Source: the human T2T-CHM13v2.0 reference genome, Homo sapiens
Reading direction: 5' to 3' (one strand)
Length of the DNA stretch: 64,000 nucleotides
Assembly (NCBI RefSeq): GCF_009914755.1
Contig: NC_060940.1
Shown here: one piece after another, positions 13,076 through 25,826 of the stretch
How the letters are laid out: every line of letters starts with the position of its first letter
How positions within the stretch are numbered: position 1 is the first letter of the stretch
Translations under genes and position numbers: made by a program
Notes under the pieces: model-generated
The model's database searches: none
Seen by the model: only the letters and a program-made list of their open reading frames with translations
What the model was told of the DNA's origin: nothing

Positions 13076-14213
13076 CACGGACTCACATAAATGCAATCCA
13101 CATGCACACACTCACACAATAGGCTCTTATGCACAGACCCTCACACTCATGTGAACACACTCATGCACACGCAAGACTTACATATTCACACTCACACCCG
13201 TGGGCACACCCAGACATGGATACACACTCATACAGGCACACACGTATCCAGACACCCACGCACAGACACTCACACCCACGGGCACACCTAGACATGGGTA
13301 CTCACACAGGTAGTCACAAGCACTCACATATCCAGACACCCATGTGCACACTCACACTCACAGGCACACCCAGACATGGATACACAGGCACACACATATT
13401 GGGACACCCACGCATAGACACTCACATTCACACACGGGCACACCCAGACTGATGCACACGAACACAGACACGCACTAGTATAGCCAGACACACAGGCACA
13501 CTCAAACTCTCACAGTCACACATTCACATACACTCACATGAATACAATGCATGCACACACAAACACATACCTATACACTTGTGTTTAGAGAACACACACA
13601 CATTTGCACTTATACTCACATGAATACAATAGAAACACATGCATACACACTTGTGTGCCCAGACCCACACTCACACATTTGCACACACATGACTATAATA
13701 CATGCACACATGCATACATACATGTGACCAGACCCACACACACTCACATTCGCACTCACACACACGTGAATATAGTACTCGCACACACATGCATACACAT
13801 GTGCCCAGACCTACAGACACACTCACATTTGCACACTCACACATGTGAATATAGTATATGCACACACTCATGTGCCCAGACCCACAGACACATTCGCACA
13901 CTCACACACGTGAATATAGTACATGCATACACACGCATACACACTCGTGTGCCCAGACCCACAGACACACACATTCGCACACTCACACATGTGAATATAG
14001 TACTCGCACACACACGCATACACGTGCCCAGACCTACAGACACACTCACATTTGCACAGTCACACGTGAATATAGTATATGCACACACACACTTATGTGC
14101 GCAGACCCACAGACACACACATTCACACTCTCACACATGTGAATATAGTACATGCACACACACACGCATACACACTCGTGCCCAGACACACACACTCACA
14201 CATTCGCACACTC
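13070..14213. repeat. CA-rich degenerate minisatellite (~65-81 bp units)
   Basis: Recurring 'gtgaatatagta' at 13766, 13845, 13910, 13991, 14066, 14139; recurring 'cacacccagac' in the 5' part. Confidence 0.9.
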
Positions 14214-14279
14214 AGAGTGCCCCCCTCCCTCTCACAGGCCTTGTCCTGGGGACGAGTCAAGCCGTCAGGTACCTACACT

Positions 14280-15150
14280 CTGAGCTCCCGGATCACTGGG
14301 CCGACACCGGAGGCTGCTGCTGTTTGTGGTCCGTCTTCCTGTGGAGTGTATTCGACTGCGGGGGCGTCCACAAGGTGGGTGTGGGTGGGCCCGGAGACCT
14401 TTCTTCCGGGAGGCCAAGTTTCCAAAGCCAGTCCTTCACGTTCAAGGATGCCCTCTCCCTGCAGGATCCTGGACTTGTCATGGGGTCTGGATTAGGTTAT
14501 GCTAATGGCATCCACACTTGGCCTTTCCCCTCTTTCCTTATAAATCAGCCAACAATGGGAGGCCGTGGGCTTCGCCAGAAGCCTCTGGAAACAGAGCTGC
14601 TCCTTTCCAGCAGGCCAGGCCGACCGGGGAGGCTGCGGCCCATCGTGCGCTGGGGGAAGGTGAGCCAGGCTCCCATCACGTGCCGGGAGCTGATCTTGGC
14701 AGGTCGCGTCCTCCCGAAGCCTGCACTTCAGCCCCAGGGTTTTCCGACCGCCTCTGCTCCCAGAGGGGACCCGCAGGGACGAAGAGGCCGAACACAGCAC
14801 CGAGACCTCAGTGTCGGGCGCGGGTGCTCCCAAAGCGCAGCGGGCCCACCTCCCCCGGCAGAGGATCGTGCGGCGGTCAAAGTCGCACACGGGGCTTCTG
14901 AGACGTGCGGCCCGGGCCTAAGAGCTGCATGTGTGCAAGCCGCTCCGTGTTGGAAAATGTATGTAAAGTAAAATAAACACGGCTCTCGCTGGGAGGGCTC
15001 CGGCATCCAGGGTTCTGGCGGGGCGGGGGGATGCGGTCAGCCAAAGCATTTGAGGAAGCGGCTGTGACTCACGGGGCCTGAGCTACAGAGGAGCTGGCTG
15101 CCGAGATGCAGGACACGCCGGAGACACTGGACCCGGGACGCTCAACACAC
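14280..15150. promoter_or_regulatory. CpG-rich unique segment, candidate promoter/enhancer
   Basis: Visibly elevated CpG; ATGCTAAT (14499), TATAAAT (14538), AACAATGG (14551). Motif-only evidence. Confidence 0.35.
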
Positions 15151-16739
15151 CCTGCCCCCCACTGCAGAGACGGGCTCCAGGGAGGCACAATGGCAGGCTT
15201 TGTCTCGGGAGAAAGTTCTAGCAGCCCTGCAGGTGGGGCGGCTGGGAGGCCCCGGGGTATGAAGACGATGTAGCGGGGCCCTCTGGAAGGCAGGGCTGGT
15301 GGGCGTCTGGCCAGCAGGTCAGGACTAGCTGAGGTGTCTGTGGAGACCCCCAGGGTCCAGCTCACCTGGTGGGGGGAGCCCTGAGCGGGTGGCGCAGGTT
15401 GGGGACCCTGAAGCAGCTCTTCTTTGCCTGGGGTGGCCTAGGAAAGCCGCCTCCAAGCTAGGCCTCCCAGGTCCGACCGGACCCCGCAGAACCTAGCACG
15501 TGTGGGCCCAGCACCTGCCCAGGTGTGTGACTTCAGTTTCATGGTCAGCATGAGAACACACGTTCTATTAACAGCAAAATTCTCGCTGATAAAAATGCAG
15601 ATGAAATTGCATACAGGAAGGAAAACCTCCGGAATGGCTCCTAAACGCAACATCTCACAGGCCCTCTGTAATCAGAACAGTGTGAATTACGCCAATTACA
15701 GTAGGACAGGGAGGCCCCTTGTGGGAACATGGCACCAGCCGGGACCCCAACAACTGCTCCCCACAGAGGGTATTTAGGTTGTTTTTTTCTTTCTTTTTTA
15801 TTTATTTTTTTTGACTTGAAGAAATCTCTGTAAATTGAATCTCAGAAACGCTGGAAGAATCCCAAATGTGGTTTATAGAAACAGTTTGAAGTAGTCCAAC
15901 TTAATTCCAGATTGCCTGCATTTTTTTTTTTTTTTTTTTTTACATCTGTGAAATCAAAACCAGACAGAATGCTGTATTAAAATGCAGTGCCTAATGGTGA
16001 TTTTTCCCATGGCCAATGTAACGAGTCTCAACTCTTAGTTTCCCTGTTTATCTTGGAGTGTCTGAAATCACATTGACTGCCCTCTCCTCCTCCTGTGCTG
16101 TTGTCTCTTTTTCCCCAGCAGGGTCTCAGGAAAGGGGCCTGGGAAGAAAAGCGGGTGGGCAGGGGCTTTCCTGGGATGCATCCCGGGCCCTGTCTTTCAC
16201 ACCAGCCTCCTGGCTCCCCTGCTCCCCAGTTCTCCTCCCATAACCCCATCTCCACTTTGGAGCTCAGGGCCTGGCCCTAAGCTGATTCACGCAGTTTCCA
16301 AGCAAACAACGAACTTTGCCACCTCTGTGCCTCTGCCCGTGCCGTGACCCCTGCCTGGGGTGCCCTTCCTTGCTGCCCTGGACAACTCCTCCTTTCCTTC
16401 CAAGGTCCAGATCACGTCTCACCTCTCCTGTGACACCCCAACACCTCCTCTCCCCCAGAGCACCACAGGCTGCTCCCTCCCCGACCGAGCACCCGTGTAA
16501 CTGTGCATCTCACTTGGGTAGCATCTAGCACATCTTGGGGGACCATCTGCTGTCTCCTTAGTGTCTGTGTAGACCTGGGGTGTCGTACTGTCATCCTGGG
16601 GGCCTGGACTGCTGCCTGGAGGGTTCTGAGGCTGTGCCTGGCCTAGTGGACGGCATGGGCTGCTTAATGACATCTTACAGCATGCAGGAAGGGCGAAGTG
16701 CAGCTCCTGGATGGGCTGTTGCCATGGTCTGGCCCCCCT

Positions 16740-17062
16740 GGTGCTCAGACTTGCCAGAGCATCTGAATCTCTGGGAGTCCTGTTCAACCTGGGTCCCCAG
16801 GCACCACTGCCAGGGATTCTGAGGCAGGAGGTCTGGGATGCCCCAGAACTTGCGTATCAAACAAACTCTCAGGGATGGCCAGTGCCACGGGTCTCCAGGC
16901 TGGGAACACGGATCCCAGTCCAGGCTAGCTGCCCCTGTAGCTCTCGGGAGCCCATTAGAAATGCAGACCCTCCCCCTGCCCAGATCCACTGCACGAGAAT
17001 CTACATGTCTGTGAGATTCCGGGGGCACCTGTCTGTGGAGTTTGAGGAGCACAGCCTTAGAT
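16740..17062. mobile_element. Two adjacent degenerate MER5-type hAT relics
   Basis: 'cagggattctgaggcaggaggtctggg...cagaacttgcgtatcaaacaaactc' and 'ttagaaatgcagaccctcc...gagaatctacat...gtttgaggagcac'. Confidence 0.5.
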
Positions 17063-17771
17063 GCTAGTCCCCGGTGTGGGCACCATGCACCACTCCTTCT
17101 GCATTTGTGTCACTACCTGCTTCTGCACGTAGGAGGCACCTCAAATGCCATTTAGAATGGATGCTCAGTAAGCCAAATGTGGCCTCCTTTTTCCCTTTTG
17201 GAAAGGAAGGTCCTTCTTTCTCAAACCTTGTGTCTAGAATGTTCCCCAATGAGGGGAGGATGTCTCACTAAAAACACTGAAAGGACATTGCTTATACACT
17301 GGCCTTCTGTAGAGAGCCTCTGGAGCCTCGAGGAAGTGTAGCTCCTAACAGTCGGCTGCACTGACTCAATTATACCTCTGTTGGACCTTCCCAAGTGCAG
17401 AGCTGCCACTGTCACTTCTGATCGTAACAACCCAAATGCATGTCTCCAGATAGCACCAGAAGTAAGAGCTGGAGGGATAAGGATGGTAATGCTTGGGTGT
17501 CAGCCCCACAAAGGAGAAGGGGAGCAAAGGTCTGATGGGGGTATGTGATGGTTCTTCCCAACCAGGGTCTCTGATGGGGGGATGTGATGGTTCTTCCCAG
17601 CTGGGGTCTCTCATGGTCTCTCTCTGACTGGAGTTGGGGAAGGATATTTGGACACCTGGACATGCGTGTCTGCATGCCCCTGGGACGTGCTCTCTAGAAA
17701 AGCACTGGGCACGTTCATTTATCCACCATTCCACATGCACTTATTGTGCTCCTACTGTGTGCCAGGCACTA

Positions 17772-18608
<837 letters not shown>

Positions 18609-19014
18609 TCACCCTCTTAACTCATGCAACAGGACAGGTGGCGTGTTTGTGAAACTAGTGGAGGTTTGTGTTCAGGAGGTGGAGGAGGGAGGACAGGAAG
18701 GAGAGGGAGAAGAGCATGCACTGGAGAAGTAAATCCAGGGATCACACACAGCCACGTCCTCACAATGCATGCTTGAGATCAGTGTTTGTACTAAGGGCAA
18801 TGGGGAGCTATTGAAGACTCCAGGCTGGAAGCAACACAGGCAAGAGTGTGTCTTAGAAGCATCTCTGTTGCATTTGGTAGGCTGAGATAGAGGCTAAGCT
18901 GAGGCTGTTGGAGAACTCAACAGAGGAGGGTGTTGGCTTGAACTAGGGAAGTATGTTGAGTAAACGGGAGTGCTGTGACCTTTTGCAGTCTTACTTTCCC
19001 ACTGACTTCTATGG

Positions 19015-19248
19015 AGTATCAGTTTCCTGTTGCCTCTGTAACACACTGCCACAAACTGGACTTTAGAACAATAGATGTTCATCATCGCTCTTCCCAGGAG
19101 TGTCCGGAGGGAGCCAGCCCCTGCCAACACCTGGACCTTAGGACCTCTGACCTCCAGAACTGGGAGAGACTAGATGTGTGTGGTTGGAAGCCTCTAAGTC
19201 AGTGGTCATTTGTTATAGCAGTGCTAGGGGCACTAGGAAACAATTACC
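19015..19248. mobile_element. Two MLT1 LTR 3'-end fragments in opposite orientation
   Basis: Left 'gtatcagtttcctgttgcctctgtaacacactgccacaaactgg' (antisense MLT1 end); right 'cctccagaactgggagag...gtggtcatttgttatagcag...ctaggaaac' (sense MLT1 end). Confidence 0.65.
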
Positions 19249-20092
19249 AGAGGCAAGAGACAAAGTCTTATTAGCTACCCTCCTCTGAAGGACAGAAAGG
19301 AAAATATGAGACCAGGAGGGTGTTGAGAGCCAAGTGGATTGAAGTGAAGGCTTGGGGCTCCTTGTGGATTTTGTTTGTGTGGGTTATTTTGTTCCCAGGA
19401 GTCTCAGGCTGTGTAGCCAAATGCAGTCTGCAGTTCTACTCTTTCCTTTCTTTGAAAGCAAACAGCCTCTTTTGGAAGAGTGAAGGGCACCCGAGGTTCC
19501 AGCTGGGGCTGGCCCAGGCCACGGAGCTCTCGGAATGCGTACAGAGCAGACAGCACCCTGCAGTTGGGTGGGTGCTGGCTTTGAGGTCTGGAGATCTAGA
19601 TGCCCACAAGGTGCCCCTGGCAATTGGGGGCTGCAAAGGCATCAACCACCGCACTGGGCTGGGGCAGAGAAATTGACACGATGAGCTCGGAAAACATTTC
19701 TAATGTATTTATTTTTTGTGGTTCGGCTACAGAAGAGAATACGAAAGGGCTGAAGGGGATGAATGAACAAGAGCAGGAGAAGGACCGCCCTGAGGGCAGG
19801 AGAAAAGGGTGTGAATCGGGATAGAAGTCAGAACCCCACCAGCTTCTCGCCTGGGAACCAATTGCTGGGGCTGCTTCCTTCCTTCATTCATTCCTGCTTT
19901 CTTCACTTCTTCATTCCCTGAACATCAGACATGGTCATAGGCCCTGCTGAGAATTAAAACAGAACAATGAACAAGTCCCACTCTCAGAACGCAGGCAGAG
20001 GTGAAATGTTCGGTGGGCTATGGTGATGGCTTTGGAGATTTACTGGTAGCTTCTGTGGGGTTACTCTGGCTGGGATGGGGACCCCAGGGGCC

Positions 20093-20420
20093 TGCTATGG
20101 ACAGAATTGTCTCCCTCTCAAATTTGTATATTGAAGTCCTAACACCCAGCGTGATGGTATTTGGAGGGGGGGACTTTGGAGGGTGATTAAGTTTAGATGA
20201 GGCCATGAAGGTGGGACCCCATGATGGGACTGGTGTCCTTACAAGGAGAGGAAGAGGCTGGAGCTCCCTCTTTCACCTTGTGAGGACACTGTGGGAAGCC
20301 ACCTGCAAGTCAGGAAGGGCCCTCATCAGAAGCCAAGTCAGCCATACCTTGATCTTGGAATTCCAGCCTCCAGAACTATGAGAAACAAATTCCTCTTGTT
20401 GAAACCATGCAGCCTGAGCT
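20093..20420 (+). mobile_element. MLT1A-like MaLR solo LTR
   Basis: tgctatggacagaattgtctcc...gaagtcctaacacccagcgtgatggtatttggagg...ttccagcctccagaactatgaga. Confidence 0.85.
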
Positions 20421-20849
20421 GGTGGAAGCGTTCGGGGTGAGCATGGCTCCTGCAGGGAGATGGAGCAGGGACATTGTGTCAGGTCTAAGGCTGCTGGTAG
20501 AGCCTCAGCTTCCTTTCCTTGGCACTCACCAGGCCATGCTGGGAAAGAAGTCTGAGCCAGGTAGTTCGGAAAACACCCCCTTGGTAACTCTTTTGGGAAA
20601 CGGAGACAGACATCAAGGTCTTGTCCACTTTGTGCAGGAAGATGACATGCGGTAATAAGGAAAAGAAAATGGGAGGTCCTCTGTCTCATGGAATTTGGGG
20701 TCACAAGTGTCTCTACAACACCTTACTGGGTCTCAACTCCCAGCTTCTCAGGAACAAGAGACAAAGAATACAGGTCAGCAGAGCAGAGCCCGAGGGGCTG
20801 GTCCACAGTCCAAGTCACACATGATGAGGACAGTATTGAGAGTCATCAC

Positions 20850-21638
20850 ATGATGATGGCAGTGATGGTGGTAATGATGATGGTGGTGATGGTGATGATG
20901 GTGGTGATAAAGGTGATAATGGTGGTGATGATGGTGTTGATAATGGTGGTGGTGACAGTGGTGATGATCATGATGGTGATGATGGTGGTGATGGTGGTGA
21001 TGACAATGATGGTAATGATGGTGATGGTGGTGGTGGTGGTGATGACAATGATGATAATGATGGTGATGACGGTGGTGGTGATGATGATGATGGTGGTGGT
21101 GATGGTGGTGATGATGGAGGTGATGGTGATGATGGTGATAGTGATGATGGTGATGATGATGAGGATGATGGTGATGGTAGTGATGGTGGTGGTGATGGTG
21201 GTGGTGGTGATGGTGGTGATGGTGGTGGTGGTGATGGTGGTGATGGTGGTGGTGATGATGGTGATGGTGGTGATGGTGGTGGTGGTGATGGTGGTGGTGA
21301 TGGTGTTGATGGTGGTGGTGGTGATGGTGGTGATGGTGGTGGTGGTGATGGTGGTGATGGTGGTGGTGATGATGGTGATGGTGGTGATGGTGGTGGTGGT
21401 GATGGTGGTGGTGATGGTGTTGATGGTGGTGGTGGTGATGGTGGTGATGGTGGTGGTGGTGATGGTGGTGATGGTGGTGGGGATGGTGGTGATGGTGGTG
21501 GTGGGGATGGTGGTGGTGGTGATGGTGGTGATGGTGGTAGTGGTGATGGTGGTGGTGGGGATGGTGGTGGTGGGGTTGGTGGTGATGGTGATGATGGTGG
21601 TGACGGTGGTGATGATAAGGATGATGATATTGATTATG
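20850..21638. repeat. (GTG/ATG)n mixed trinucleotide repeat tract
   Basis: Directly visible; source of the spurious M/V-rich and T/I-rich ORFs. Confidence 0.95.
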
Positions 21639-21642
21639 AGAG

Positions 21643-22311
21643 TTGTCTTAGTCCATCTGGGTTGCTTTAACAAAATACCGTAAATTGGAGGCCAAGCATG
21701 GTGGCTCACACGTGTAATCCCAGCACTTCGGAAGGCTGAGGCTGGAGGATCACTTTAGGCCAGGAGTTCGAGATTAGCCTGGGCACTACACAGGAGGATC
21801 CATATCTCTACAGAACATTTTAAAATTAGCTGGGTGTGGTGGTGTGCACCTGCAGTCCCAGTTACTCAGGAGGCTGAAGTAGGAGGATAGCTTGAGCCCA
21901 GGAGGTTGAGGCTGCAGTGAGCAATGATCTCACCACTGTGCTCCAGCCTGGGTGGCAGAGCGAGACCCTGTCTCTAAAAAAACCCCAAAAAAACATAAAT
22001 TAGGTGGCTTATAAACAACAGAAGTTTCTTTCTCATAGTTCTGGAGGCTGGGAAGTCCAAGATTAAGATCTCAGTAGAGACAGTGTCTGGTGAGGCCCAT
22101 TTCCTCATAGATGGTTAACTTACTGCGCCCTCACATGGCGGAAGGGGCAAGGGGGCTTTCTAGGGCCTTTTATAAAGCACTCATCCCATTAATGAGGGCT
22201 CTGCTTCTTAACCTCGTCACCTCTCGAAGGCCCCACTTCCTAATCCCATCACTTTGAGGTTAAGGATTTCAACAAATGAATGTGGAGGGACACAAACACT
22301 CAGGCCTCAGC
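21643..22311 (-). mobile_element. MLT1A-like MaLR LTR interrupted by AluJ
   Basis: tgtcttagtccatctgggttgct...[Alu]...ggcttataaacaacagaagtttctttctcatagttctggaggctgggaagtccaagat...gggacacaaacactcag. Confidence 0.85.
21690..21993 (+). mobile_element. AluJ-like
   Basis: 'gaggatcactttaggccaggag' and 'gaggatagcttgagcccaggaggttgaggctgcagtgagc' are J-type features. Confidence 0.9.
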
Positions 22312-22799
22312 GTGGCCCGGCACCTGCAGAGTGTGGCTTGGTGCAATCACTCTTTAAGCTCCCGCCCCTGGTTACTTGGTTTATTCCCCCCTCCGCCACA
22401 CAAACCTCCAAGGCTGGGCTACTGATCATCCTCTTCCTACAGACGAGAGACTGCAGGCCTGGAGATGGCACAGCCTGCTCAGGCCACACGGCCTGCAGGT
22501 GGCACTGCACTGCAGCAGCCGGGGACGGGCCTCACGTCCTCAGTGCCCCGTGATGTCATTTCAGTGTCGGAGCAGGGAGGGACCTGCTTGTTTTAGAGAA
22601 GGGGGTTCACCTGGGACACCCCTGAGCTTTGTCCCAAGCCTCAACAAGCCACTCACTTCCCACTTGGGAGTAGTTTCTCTGCACGCACCAGGCAGTGGGA
22701 CCAGGGAAGAAATCGCGTCCGCTAAGTGGTGTCGTCTGCCTGCAAGACCTGCACAGCTCCCAGGCCTATGGCTTTGGGCACCAGGTGCTGGGCCGGCGT

Positions 22800-23165
22800 C
22801 TGGAAATGATTAATTCCCTTTGGAGAGAAAAACATCACAGCTGCGTGGCCCTTCCCGGTCCTGGGCGTGGGGCGGGAGGCAGCCGTGCCCGGGATTTCGC
22901 GCTGCCCCCGGCGTCTCCTTCCCCGTGCTTTTGTGACTTGATCAGGGTAGATTTATTTTCCGATCCACTGGTTTGTCAACATGTCAATTGACTTGCCTAC
23001 ATCTGCTTTTTCCCCATGCCAGGACGGTGCCGGCTGAAAGGGAAGTGTCAGCTGTTCTTCTGTCTTTAAAAGGCAGCAAAGAAAAAAGCGCAGGGTTGGG
23101 TTTCGTAACGTCAGAGGAGGCCAAGGACACAGCATGGAGTGAGTTACCCGGGCGGGGAGGGAATC
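22800..23165. promoter_or_regulatory. Candidate promoter-like CpG-rich element
   Basis: GGGCGTGGGGCGGGAGG (SP/KLF, 22863), TTTCGCGC (E2F, 22895), TAACGTCA (CRE-like, 23106), GGGCGGGG (23149). Motif-only evidence. Confidence 0.4.
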
Positions 23166-23759
23166 GGTGGGGCTGGTCCACGTCGCTGTCCCAGGGAACG
23201 GTATTTCTCTCTTTCTTCAGCCCTCATGCGTGTTGCTGGGCTGTGGACACTGGACGAGTTCGGAGAACTCTGGGCCACGTAGGCCCCAGAGGTGCAGGCT
23301 GATGGATGGGCTTGTCTTTCTCCCCTTGTCGCCTTTCAGATCTGACGGGAAACGCATGTGGGCGAGGAGGTGATGGGCTTCAAGGCGCGGCTCTCTGGTC
23401 GCAAGCCGCCTGTTCTCAGAATACAGCTGGCTGTGTTGTAATCGCACGCTGATCTCACAATAAATAACGTGTGCATGGAACGTGCCTTCAGATGAGCGTG
23501 AATTTTTACAGTGTGCACAAACAAAATCCCCCAGCCTGGAGAGCTAAAAGCAGGAGGCGGCCCAGGGGGTGACAGGGCCTGCCTTTCTGGACATGCATGA
23601 CCTGCAGCCTCTGCACCGGGACTGTGCTGCTAATTACAGCTGTGTTCGTGGGCCCCGCTGGGTGGTTTTGCGAAAATCCATGATTCAGTTCACACTGATA
23701 ATCTGCTCTGAGGCTGTGGGTGAGGGAGGATTTTCTGGGGGAACAGAAGGTGATCTGAG

Positions 23760-24823
23760 GGCTGGAGGGGAAGTGGGTTTTAGCTGGGGCTGTCGGCTGA
23801 TCCTGGCCAAGAGACAAGGTTGCAGAGTTGATTCTGAAAGTTGGACGTGTCTTGGGGTGAGAGTCTCTCTGTCATATCGTCAGACTCAGCATGAAGGTGG
23901 TAACAGTCCTCGAGAGGGCATGGGCCCAGCTAACAATGGCAGATGGACGTTTGAAGAAAAGGGGGAAGAGGGCTCTTGCTCTGAGACCTCGGGGTGTCCC
24001 GAGATGCAAAGGAGAACAGAGCCCAGAGCGTCAGGAAAGGTCCCATGAGTCTCTCATTGGTCCCCCACCCTGAGCTGTCTCCAGGGAAATCTCTTCTGGA
24101 GTAATTTATATTCCATGTCAACTGGTCAGGACAGCCTCTGTGGGTTTGGGAAGGTAGGAGGGAGCTCCAGAGACAACACCGAGCAGGACTTGATGCCCAG
24201 ACACTTGCTCCCAAGATGATTAACTTGGGAAACTGGAATTATTCTGCCCAGAGGAGGCTGCGTCGTGATCCACAGACATCTGATATCTCAGGCCACATCA
24301 GTAATGTTCTGTTTTTCCTGGAGACCTGTGCTCTGACTTATCCATCTGCATTTGGACATTGGAGTCTGTGAGGCCAGCCCTCGCCTTTCTGTGTGTAGGT
24401 GGCGAAACTGAGGCCTAGAGAGAGGCATGGCTTGCCCGAAGTGGTGCTGATGGCGTGAAGTTGCTCTTAGAAGTGGAGTACCTGTCGGGACAGCATCTAC
24501 CTTTGTGGACCACCAGGCTAGCAGGCCTGGCCCAGAACAAGACCTGCAGCCTGTGCCAAGGAGAGAGGTGGCCTGGGTCAGGTCAGGTGCAAAAGCTGGC
24601 TCTGAATGACGTCTATGATTCTCATGAGGGCAAGGATCCCAGCCTAGTTCAGCAAAGCCATCGGGGGGAAATTTGGGTTTGAGCAGTCATGGGAGGAGTC
24701 TGATAATATGACAGAGGTACCCCCACCTCAAGACATGTCCAACGTTCAGAATGAACTCTGCAACCTTGTCCCTTGGCCAGGAGTGGCCGACAGCCCCAAC
24801 TAAAACCCACTTCCCCTCCAGCC
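23760..24823. repeat. 128-bp inverted repeat pair (23760-23887 and 24696-24823)
   Basis: Manual alignment of arm 1 with the reverse complement of arm 2: gap-free, 113/128 identical. Confidence 0.92.
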
Positions 24824-25826
24824 ACTCCATTGAGTTTGGTGGAGTGGTGTCCACCCAGGAGTGACCACCAAAAATAGCTGGAAAGAAGCAATAAGGGAAC
24901 AGGGCCTACAGGTTGGCTGCTGTGGGCCACTCACTGACAGGCCCCTTGCTCTGCCCAAATTGTCTTGGTAGCCCTTTAGTCAGGTGATATCACCCCTTCA
25001 TCACAGATAGGAAAGTGAGGCTCAGAGCTCCACCAACTGCTCAAGGCCACACAGCCAGGCCACACAGAGCAGGAGCCGGAGACTGAGCGCTGTTTTGTCC
25101 AATGCCAAAGCTCTTTCTGAGAGTGCACACACTTCCATGAGCCCTGTGGGCTCCTCCTGCTCTTTGGGGAATGAGGAGCGCTGCTTATGCCCTTAGGGAG
25201 ATGCCTCAGGAGGGGTGACTTGCTCTTGAAAAGCAGCCACCTCTCACCTGGGTCATGTCTGAGCTGGGCTCCCCAGAGCATGACTGTCTTGTTCAGCGGC
25301 TGGAATTCGTCCATCAGTGTTGGTCACTGACCGTTTTCAGGGATGCTTCTGGCTGGCGCTCACTTCCCTATAGATCTAATCTTGGACTTCATCACCGAGG
25401 CCATCACACCTAGGAAGCTGGCTGTCCCTACCCTTCTAGCCTTCGGATAAAGCTGTACTTGCAGGGGAAGCTGCCCCTTTGGCCTCCGAGTGGAGCAAAG
25501 ACGTCAGGAAGCACAGGTGCAAAGGAAGAAGCCAGTGGCACGGACCATGGCTCACCGCGGGATCCTGCCTCTTTGTACAGACACAGAGGAGGGCTTTGGC
25601 CACTAGAGCAGGAGCGAGCAGGGGCAGCTTCTTCATGCTAAGTCCCCCACTAGTCTAGATTCTTAATATTTCTATTCTCAGTGCTGGATACATAGAAGGT
25701 ACACAGTTAATGTTTATCCCACAGGATTAAATGCCCACAGGAAAGCAGATGTCTTTCCCAAGGGAATGTGGGCCAAGGATTTGGGATGGCACGATCAGTT
25801 TGCATTTGGGAGAAAGCCCTTGCCCA

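Noticed and set aside
13604-14971. 455-aa His/Thr-rich ORF
   Set aside because: Starts at a non-ATG codon in a CA-rich repeat and continues through GC-rich DNA with no recognisable domain.
15921-15941. Poly(T) tract as the tail of a processed pseudogene
   Set aside because: No TSD or recognisable gene body next to it.
20688-21709. 331-aa M/V-rich and 287-aa T/I-rich ORFs as membrane or mucin-like proteins
   Set aside because: Produced by a stop-free trinucleotide tract; the ends run into an LTR/Alu; no gene structure.
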